A DNA stretch of 64,000 nucleotides from the NCBI GenBank assembly GCA_963772835.1, contig CAVYYZ010000008.1, forward strand, positions 256,001 to 320,000, given 5' to 3'. Origin of the DNA: an uncultured delta proteobacterium (GTDB lineage Bacteria; Desulfobacterota; Desulfuromonadia; Geobacterales; Pseudopelobacteraceae). Of this stretch, positions 57,535 through 64,000 are shown one piece after another. Made by a program: the position numbers and the translations under genes. The notes beneath the pieces were generated by a model. That model did not search any database. It saw only the letters and a list, made by a program, of their open reading frames with translations, and was not told where the DNA came from. Positions within the stretch are counted from its first letter, which is position 1, and each line of letters begins with the position of its first letter.

Positions 57535-57897
57535 ATGCCTGATTTTGCCGTAAGTGAAGAAAAAAACCGCTGGCTACGGTTGAAAATGCTGGAGTTGGGG
57601 GTGCGCGAAGAGGACCTGGAGGAGAGTTTTGTCCGGTCTTCAGGCAATGGCGGGCAGCATGTCAACAAGACTTCAAGTTGTGTTCAGTTGAAACACAGAC
57701 TCACAGGCATTACTGCTACCTGTATGCGGGAACGAAGCCAATCCGTAAATCGTTTTCTGGCCCGACGAGAGCTGCTGGAGCGAATTGAAGCCGCCTCCGG
57801 GGTTATTACTCCGGAGATGAAGAGGATTGCTAAGCTGCGCAAACAGAAAAACCGCCGCAAGAGAAGGGCTCATGCCACCACCGGGCCTGGCAATTAA
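57535..57897 (+). CDS. Peptide chain release factor-like protein (ArfB/PrfH-like)
   Basis: FVRSSGNGGQHVNK and RSQ..NR motifs with a basic C-terminal tail. Confidence 0.88.
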   Translation: MPDFAVSEEKNRWLRLKMLELGVREEDLEESFVRSSGNGGQHVNKTSSCVQLKHRLTGITATCMRERSQSVNRFLARRELLERIEAASGVITPEMKRIAKLRKQKNRRKRRAHATTGPGN

Positions 57898-58784
57898 TGC
57901 GAGTTAAAGCCCACCCATTTCTGCTTCTGACTCTGACCGCACTTTTCTGGTCCGGAAATTTTGTTATCGGGCGGGCCGTAAAAAGCAACATTCCTCCCAT
58001 AAGTCTCGCCTTCTGGCGCTGGGCTCTGGCTCTCCTGATCCTTATTCCGTTCTCAATTTCCCATGTACGCACTCAATGGCCGCTCCTCAGACAGCACTGG
58101 CGTGTACTGACAGTTTACGGCGTACTGGGGGTTTCGTGTTTCAACACATTTGTGTATATCGGTCTCCATACGACAACAGCAACAAACGCGCTGCTCCTGA
58201 ATTCAATTATTCCGATACTTATTGTACTGCTTTCGCACCTGTTGGCATCCACTCCAATCTCGTTGCGGCAGACGCTTGGAATTGCCATTTCCCTGGCGGG
58301 AGTGCTGACCATTATCTGCCGTGCCGATCTGGACGTAATACTGACGCTGCAGATCAACAGCGGTGATGCCTGGATTCTACTGGCTGTTATCAGCTGGGCG
58401 TTCTATACTTTTTTACTGCGCCAGCGCCCTGCAGGCCTTCATCCATTAAGCTTTCTCACATCGGTAGTTGCAATAGGTCTGATACCGCTTTCAATGCTGT
58501 ACGCGTGGGAATTCAGTCAGGGCGCCCGTGTTGTGCTTGACCCTGCAAATATTTCCAGTATCCTGTACGTGGCCCTGTTTCCTTCGGTGCTGGCGTTTGT
58601 CTTCTGGAATCAGGGCGTTATGGAGATCGGTCCAAGCAGGGCCGGCCTTTTTCTGTATCTGATGCCGGTCTTTGGTACTGTTTTGTCGATTCTCTTCCTG
58701 GGTGAGGTGTTCCACTTGTTCCAGCTAGCGGGAGTCGGGCTGATCTTTTCAGGGATCTGGCTCACCACCAGAACTTCTTCTTGA
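57897..58784 (+). CDS. DMT (EamA) family transporter
   Basis: About 10 TM helices; FWSGNF and FLYLMPVFG...LGE motifs. Confidence 0.9.
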   Translation: MRVKAHPFLLLTLTALFWSGNFVIGRAVKSNIPPISLAFWRWALALLILIPFSISHVRTQWPLLRQHWRVLTVYGVLGVSCFNTFVYIGLHTTTATNALLLNSIIPILIVLLSHLLASTPISLRQTLGIAISLAGVLTIICRADLDVILTLQINSGDAWILLAVISWAFYTFLLRQRPAGLHPLSFLTSVVAIGLIPLSMLYAWEFSQGARVVLDPANISSILYVALFPSVLAFVFWNQGVMEIGPSRAGLFLYLMPVFGTVLSILFLGEVFHLFQLAGVGLIFSGIWLTTRTSS

Positions 58785-59277
58785 CACGCAACCACTGTCA
58801 CCATATCCGGGAAGTGGCACGCTGGTTCAGTGGCGGTTACAAGCTGACCAGTGATCATTTGGTCGTGCCTGCCAGTAACGGTCACGTCAACGATTCGTAG
58901 TTGCAGATATTTCTGGCGTGCTCGTAAAATGATGCTCACCGACCATCCGTCCTTTATTGCAGGCCATTCAGGCAATAAATACAGCAAACGTTTTTTTGCT
59001 ACCCTATGAACTCGCGTTGAGGTATTTATATAATAAAACAGCAGTTTGAATATTGATGTAGTATGATTCAAAGTTGTGCTAGAATCGGGACATAATGAAT
59101 CCCAGCCAGGTTAAACATTGAAACTGATTTATGGTGTCATTAGTAACCGTATTTTGTATGGCATGTAATTTTCGGCATCTGAGCTCACATATACATACTA
59201 AATACCGGATCGAACGGTGAACCGATGCAATGGGTAGTCGGTGCCTGATGGTCCTAATCCAGCCAAGGAGGTTTATA

Positions 59278-60456
59278 ATGAAGCGTGTATTGCTCGCAGC
59301 CCTGCCCGTAGTCATGTTTGCAACCGTTGCACAAGCAGAACTGGTCGGTAAGCCGATCCCGATCGGTATCGGAATCGCCCAAACCAGCAACGTGGCTCTG
59401 CTTGGTGAGGAGGAGGTAATTGGAGCAAAAATTGCCGAAAAATACTTCAATGCTCACGGTGGTGTTAACGGGACACCTATTACACTGATTTTTCAGGATA
59501 CGGGAGGGGATGAGGCCGGTGCCATCAATTCCTTTCAAAACCTGATCAATCGTGACAAGGTGGTCGGAATTGTCGGCCCAACGCTCTCCCAGCAGGCTTT
59601 TAGTGCCGACCCGGTGGCCAATCGGGCAAAAGTGCCGGTAATCGGACCATCCAACACAGCCAAAGGAGTTCCCCAGATCGGAGAATATATCGGCAGAGTC
59701 TCCGCTCCGGTTGCCATCGTGGCCCCCAATGCGCTTAAACAGGCGATGAAGGAACATCCCGGCATCAAAAAAGTCGCGGTGCTGTACGCCCAGAACGATG
59801 CTTTCAATACTTCAGAATCGGGCACATTTCAGGAGAACGTTAAAAAAATGGGTCTCCAGATTGCCACGCTTCAGAAATTCATGACCACGGACACCGATTT
59901 CACTTCTCAAGTGACTGCGGTTCTGGGAGCCAATGTTGATCTGGCGATTGTTTCCGGACTTTCTGCAGACGGTGGAAATCTGGTAAAACAGCTACGGCAG
60001 TTGGGTTACAAAGGACCGATTATCGGCGGCAACGGTCTGAATACAGCCAATATCTTTCCGGTCTGCGGCCAGTATTGTGACGGCATCATGATCGCTCAAG
60101 CCTACAGCCCTACAGCAGACCCTAAAAACGCCATCAACGCCGCAATGGTAGCTGACTACCGGGCCAGCTACAAAAAAGACCCTCCCCAATTTACTGCCCA
60201 GGCATTTACAGCGGTACAGGTTTTTGTTGATGCACTCAAAAAAGTCGAAGCCGCGACAAAGAAAAAAATCACCCAGCTTGATCTGGCGAAGGTGCGCGAA
60301 GAGTTGAATAAACAGATCCGCATCGGCTCTTATATAACCCCGCTCGGTAAAATAAGCCTTGACCATGAAGGGGAGATTCACCAGGAAAACTTCTATGTTG
60401 CAAAGATTAAAATGGATGCAAACGGCAAAACAGGTAAATACGTGTACTTGAAATAA
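59278..60456 (+). CDS. HAAT-family amino acid ABC substrate-binding protein
   Basis: Signal peptide; GGVNG and DTDF motifs of the LivJ/K fold; AAGGAGG RBS before ATG 59278. Confidence 0.92.
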   Translation: MKRVLLAALPVVMFATVAQAELVGKPIPIGIGIAQTSNVALLGEEEVIGAKIAEKYFNAHGGVNGTPITLIFQDTGGDEAGAINSFQNLINRDKVVGIVGPTLSQQAFSADPVANRAKVPVIGPSNTAKGVPQIGEYIGRVSAPVAIVAPNALKQAMKEHPGIKKVAVLYAQNDAFNTSESGTFQENVKKMGLQIATLQKFMTTDTDFTSQVTAVLGANVDLAIVSGLSADGGNLVKQLRQLGYKGPIIGGNGLNTANIFPVCGQYCDGIMIAQAYSPTADPKNAINAAMVADYRASYKKDPPQFTAQAFTAVQVFVDALKKVEAATKKKITQLDLAKVREELNKQIRIGSYITPLGKISLDHEGEIHQENFYVAKIKMDANGKTGKYVYLK

Positions 60457-60470
60457 TTGTACTTATGACT

Positions 60471-60519
60471 CAGGTTGAGGCTCGGCGGGAGAAGAGAAAT
60501 CCCGTGCGGCCTCAACCTG
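60471..60519 (+). terminator. Intercistronic stem-loop after the binding-protein gene
   Basis: CAGGTTGAGG...CCTCAACCTG 10-bp outer stem with inner CGGGA/TCCCG, then TTTCAATTTTT. Confidence 0.6.
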
Positions 60520-60548
60520 TTTCAATTTTTGAGAGGCATTTTATATCC

Positions 60549-61499
60549 ATGACGACTGCTGAATTTCTCCAAAATCTGCTCAACGGCATCAGTATCGGGA
60601 GTGTGTATGCCATATTTGCTCTTGGCTACACACTGGTATTTTCTGTTCTGGGCATAATCAACTTTGCACACGGAGCGGTATTTACCCTGGGCGCTTACTT
60701 TACCTACACGCTGGCAGTTGGTCAGTTCGGTATAAACGGCCTGCTTTCAGGACTCGATCTCAATATGCATGTGCCTTTCGCATTGTCGCTTCTCATCGGG
60801 GCTGTTCTGGCGGGTTTAGTCGGGATGTTACTGGAACGTCTGGCCTTTAAACCGCTCCGGGCGAGGGGTGGGGATTCTCTGCTGGCATTGGTGAGCAGTC
60901 TCGGAGTCGCACTGGTAATAGTCAACGCCATTCAGTATCTGGTCGGGGCGGAGATATACACTTTTCCTGCCCATGTGTATGGAAATATCAAGCCGGCCAT
61001 AATGTTCGAGGTGTCGGGGCACCCGGTGGTCATCAGAACCGTCCAGGTAATTATTTTTGCCGTATGTATGGTAATACTGTCGCTACTCGGCTATCTCATC
61101 AGTTTTACCAGAATCGGCAAGGCCCTGCAGGCGGTGGCTGAAAATACGACTACGGCGAGCCTTCTCGGTATCAGTGTTGATAAAATGATACTGGCCACCT
61201 TTTTCCTGTCCGGTTTTCTAGGTGGACTTGCAGGCACTCTGGTCGGCACCAGTTTCGGGATTGCCGGGCCTTATTTCGGTGTAACGTACGGTTTGAAGGG
61301 TCTTGCGGTTATAGTCCTGGGCGGTCTGGGGAGTATCCCCGGTGCTGTTCTCGGTGGAATTGTCATCGGTCTGGCAGAGGCTTTTGTACCGCCGGATTAC
61401 AGTGCATATAAAGAAGCGGTTGCGTTTGCCTTCCTTTTTATCGTGCTACTTGTCCGTCCGCAGGGGTTACTCGGCCGTTCACTGATTCAGAAAGTGTAA
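60549..61499 (+). CDS. livH: Branched-chain amino acid ABC permease, LivH-like
   Basis: ALGYTLVF..LGIINFAHG and LGGLGSIPGA motifs. Confidence 0.9.
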   Translation: MTTAEFLQNLLNGISIGSVYAIFALGYTLVFSVLGIINFAHGAVFTLGAYFTYTLAVGQFGINGLLSGLDLNMHVPFALSLLIGAVLAGLVGMLLERLAFKPLRARGGDSLLALVSSLGVALVIVNAIQYLVGAEIYTFPAHVYGNIKPAIMFEVSGHPVVIRTVQVIIFAVCMVILSLLGYLISFTRIGKALQAVAENTTTASLLGISVDKMILATFFLSGFLGGLAGTLVGTSFGIAGPYFGVTYGLKGLAVIVLGGLGSIPGAVLGGIVIGLAEAFVPPDYSAYKEAVAFAFLFIVLLVRPQGLLGRSLIQKV

Positions 61500-61502
61500 C
61501 TC

Positions 61503-62414
61503 ATGGATGAATTTCTTCAAAACAACGGTTTTCTTATCGTAACAATGGTTCAGCAGTCGCTCCTGGCCATGAGTCTCTACTACCCGCTCATGGCAGGGCA
61601 GTTAAGCCTTGCAAGCCCCGGATTTTATGCTCTGGGGGGGTATGTGGCCGCTATCATCGGTACCATTGAAGTCTTTGCCCCCTGGCGGGACTCTCTCGGT
61701 TGGGTTGTTTTTCCTCTTGAATGGCTTGCCGCCGGTGTACTAAGCGGACTACTGGCAGTTTTAGTAGGTATTCCTGCGCTGCGTCTTCGCGGTATTTATC
61801 TGGCTCTGGCCACTATCGCTTTCGTTGAGATTCTGCGCGTTGTCTGTCTGAACCTCGAGATTACCGGCGGTGCCATTGGTATTTTCGGCGTTCCACAGCT
61901 CTTCGAGAACCGCTGGAGTTATATCTGGACGTTCGGCCCGCTGTTGCTCCTGATGTTGCTGTTCAGCTATCGGCTAGATCGTTCAAGGGTAGGGAGGGCT
62001 TTCAAGGCGATCCGTGAGGATGAACTGGCTGCCGATGCCATGGGAATCAATCCGACCCGCTACAAGGTGCTGGCATTTGTGATCGGCGCGACGCTGGCGG
62101 GTGTCGTCGGGGCGATGAGCGCCCCGTTTCTCAATACCTGGAACGCCCGTCAGGGAACTTTTGACGCTTCGATCGCCTATCTGGCTTACGTCCTGATCGG
62201 CGGTAGTCGCTCCATGTGGGGCCCGCTGCTGGGAGGTATGATGCTGTCGGCTCTTCCTGAGGTTCTCAGGCCGCTCAAGGACTCCCGGCTGATTATTAAC
62301 GGATTTGTACTTGTGTTTGCCAGTATTTACATGCCAAAAGGGATTGCCGGGGCACTCGGTAACCTGAGAAACTTCACCGCCCTTAAACTGGGCTTGGGCC
62401 GGAGCGAAAAATGA
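61503..62414 (+). CDS. livM: Branched-chain amino acid ABC permease, LivM-like
   Basis: LRLRGIYLALAT and AIREDELAA..MGI motifs. Confidence 0.9.
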   Translation: MDEFLQNNGFLIVTMVQQSLLAMSLYYPLMAGQLSLASPGFYALGGYVAAIIGTIEVFAPWRDSLGWVVFPLEWLAAGVLSGLLAVLVGIPALRLRGIYLALATIAFVEILRVVCLNLEITGGAIGIFGVPQLFENRWSYIWTFGPLLLLMLLFSYRLDRSRVGRAFKAIREDELAADAMGINPTRYKVLAFVIGATLAGVVGAMSAPFLNTWNARQGTFDASIAYLAYVLIGGSRSMWGPLLGGMMLSALPEVLRPLKDSRLIINGFVLVFASIYMPKGIAGALGNLRNFTALKLGLGRSEK

Positions 62415-63175
62415 CGGTACTGCTTGAGGCAGAACGGCTCAGCCGCAACTTTGGCGGGCTGAGGGCCGTCAACAACGTCTCGTTTCAGGTCGCCGAGGGT
62501 GAAATTTTTGGACTGATCGGGCCGAATGGCGCCGGCAAGACAACCCTGTTTAATCTTATGACGGGGCTTACCCCCGTAAGTAGCGGATTACTGCGCTACC
62601 GTGGTAAAATTCTGACCGGCCTGCCGCCGCACCGTATTGCTGCAGAGGGTATCGGCCGTACTTTTCAGAATATCCGCCTTTTCAAGGGGCTGAGTGCCTT
62701 GGAAAATATCAAGGTTTCGCAGCATGTTACCACCAAAGCCGGCCTATTGAGCGGCATATTCGGTACTTCGGCGAGCAGGGCGGAAGAAAAAAAGGTTGAG
62801 GAAAAGGCCTGGGAACTTCTTACGCTGATAGGCTTGTCTGACAGGGCTACAGAGCTGGCTGAGAACTTTTCGTATGGAGATCAGCGTCGCCTGGAAATCG
62901 GTCGCGCTCTTGCGCTCGGTCCAAAAATATTGTTACTGGACGAGCCGGCGGCAGGTATGAATTCATCTGAAAAACATGGCCTTACGGAGTTTATCCGTTC
63001 CATTCGTGAACAGTTCAAGCTTACGGTGCTGCTCATAGAACACCATGTTCCACTTGTGATGAACCTGTGTGACCGGATTGCCGTGCTTAACTTTGGAGAG
63101 TTAATTACTGTTGGTGAGCCGTCTGAGGTGCAGAAAAATCCGGCCGTGATCGAAGCATACCTGGGGGCTGAGTAG
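62411..63175 (+). CDS. livG: ABC ATP-binding protein, LivG-like
   Basis: [18 protein letters not shown] and EAYLG motifs. Confidence 0.93.
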   Translation: MTVLLEAERLSRNFGGLRAVNNVSFQVAEGEIFGLIGPNGAGKTTLFNLMTGLTPVSSGLLRYRGKILTGLPPHRIAAEGIGRTFQNIRLFKGLSALENIKVSQHVTTKAGLLSGIFGTSASRAEEKKVEEKAWELLTLIGLSDRATELAENFSYGDQRRLEIGRALALGPKILLLDEPAAGMNSSEKHGLTEFIRSIREQFKLTVLLIEHHVPLVMNLCDRIAVLNFGELITVGEPSEVQKNPAVIEAYLGAE

Positions 63176-63886
63176 ATGGCATTATTGGAATTGAAAAACC
63201 TCAGTGTCAACTATGGCGCCATTCAGGCTGTGCGAAGCCTTGATATGGTGGTAAACAGCGGCGAAGTTGTAACGCTCATTGGCGCTAACGGAGCCGGGAA
63301 ATCAACAACGCTCCGCGCAGTTTCACGTCTGCTGAAAGTACGCGAGGGAAGTATTCATTTTGAAGGGAAAAACATTACTTCCCAGCCGCCCGATTCGGTG
63401 GTGCGGTCGGGAATTGCTCAGAGTCCGGAAGGGCGGCAGGTGCTTGCCCGGCAGAGCGTGCTTGGCAACCTTGAACTAGGTGCTTTTGTCAGAAAAGACC
63501 GTGCCGGCATTAAGAGCGATATTTCTAAAATGTTTCAGCTTTTTCCCCGGCTTGAAGAACGGAGTCAGCAATCGGCCGGCACTCTTTCGGGCGGCGAACA
63601 GCAGATGCTCGCCATTGCCAGGGCCATGATGAGCCGTCCGAAACTTCTAATGCTTGATGAACCGAGCCTTGGTCTGGCTCCGCTGATTGTACTGGAAATA
63701 TTTTCTATTATCCGAAATCTGAATTCCGAGGGGACAACCATTTTACTGGTCGAACAGAATGCCAAACTGGCAATGCAGCATTCTCACCGGACGTATGTCC
63801 TTGAAGCGGGGCAGATCACTTTTTCGGGTCCATCTCAGGAACTCCTCTCCGACGAGCGAGTATTACACGCCTATCTCGGCGGTTGA
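63176..63886 (+). CDS. livF: ABC ATP-binding protein, LivF-like
   Basis: GANGAGKST, LSGGEQQM, DEPSLGLAP and AYLGG motifs. Confidence 0.93.
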   Translation: MALLELKNLSVNYGAIQAVRSLDMVVNSGEVVTLIGANGAGKSTTLRAVSRLLKVREGSIHFEGKNITSQPPDSVVRSGIAQSPEGRQVLARQSVLGNLELGAFVRKDRAGIKSDISKMFQLFPRLEERSQQSAGTLSGGEQQMLAIARAMMSRPKLLMLDEPSLGLAPLIVLEIFSIIRNLNSEGTTILLVEQNAKLAMQHSHRTYVLEAGQITFSGPSQELLSDERVLHAYLGG

Positions 63887-63891
63887 ACCGG

Positions 63892-64000
63892 TCAGTGTGC
63901 TTCGCTCCAGTTTGCTCCATAACTGATATCGACCTTAAGCGGAACCCTTGTTTCAACCGCATGCCCCATTTCTTCCTCCACCAGCTTTTCCACTCTCAGC
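63892..64000 (-). CDS. polA: DNA polymerase I, 3' end (partial)
   Basis: Manual translation of the minus strand gives ...EKLVEEEMGHAVETRVPLKVDISYGANWSEAH*, the typical PolA C-terminus. Confidence 0.88.
   Translation of the reverse strand, partial: LRVEKLVEEEMGHAVETRVPLKVDISYGANWSEAH

Noticed and set aside
58785..59277. Riboswitch or sigma54 promoter upstream of the ABC operon
   Set aside because: No glycine, GEMM or T-box consensus recognised, and the TGGCAC/TGGCAT sites lack a properly spaced TTGC.

Overview
Core-genome stretch of a Geobacteraceae/Desulfuromonadales-like deltaproteobacterium, judged from the GSU3473-type protein, mglBA, system II ccsA and gene style. All family calls come from motif recognition without database searches. 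Left to right: the 3' end of ccsA; a yybP-ykoY (Mn) riboswitch ahead of terC, a Gly-rich Tim44-N-like protein, UPF0182 and a PGPGW protein; an RND/MFP pair; small metal-related and hypothetical genes; plsY, bamD and a FabMG-like gene; hypE-ybaK-argA-like; a PAS-GGDEF cyclase; Rrf2, comF, LUD, ppiA and hemH; groES/groEL with a perfect CIRCE; a radical SAM gene and a polysaccharide deacetylase. The centre is a ~12.7 kb nitrate-ammonification island: narC-G-H-J-I, narK1, narK2, a PAS protein, a NapF-like ferredoxin and an octaheme nitrite reductase, with no nrfH. Matching TTGAC-N4-GTCAA-type boxes precede both narC and the nitrite reductase. After it come bcp-yceI-ferritin-like, an orphan kinase, copA, lpxH, a PBP, LOG, mglBA, tRNA-Ser(GCT), rnhA, plsC, an ArfB-like gene, a DMT transporter, a cyanobacterial-like amino acid ABC transporter and the 3' end of polA. 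Eight single-base indels break plsY, the deacetylase, narH and narJ, and they look like sequencing errors. No CRISPR array, prophage or transposase was found.
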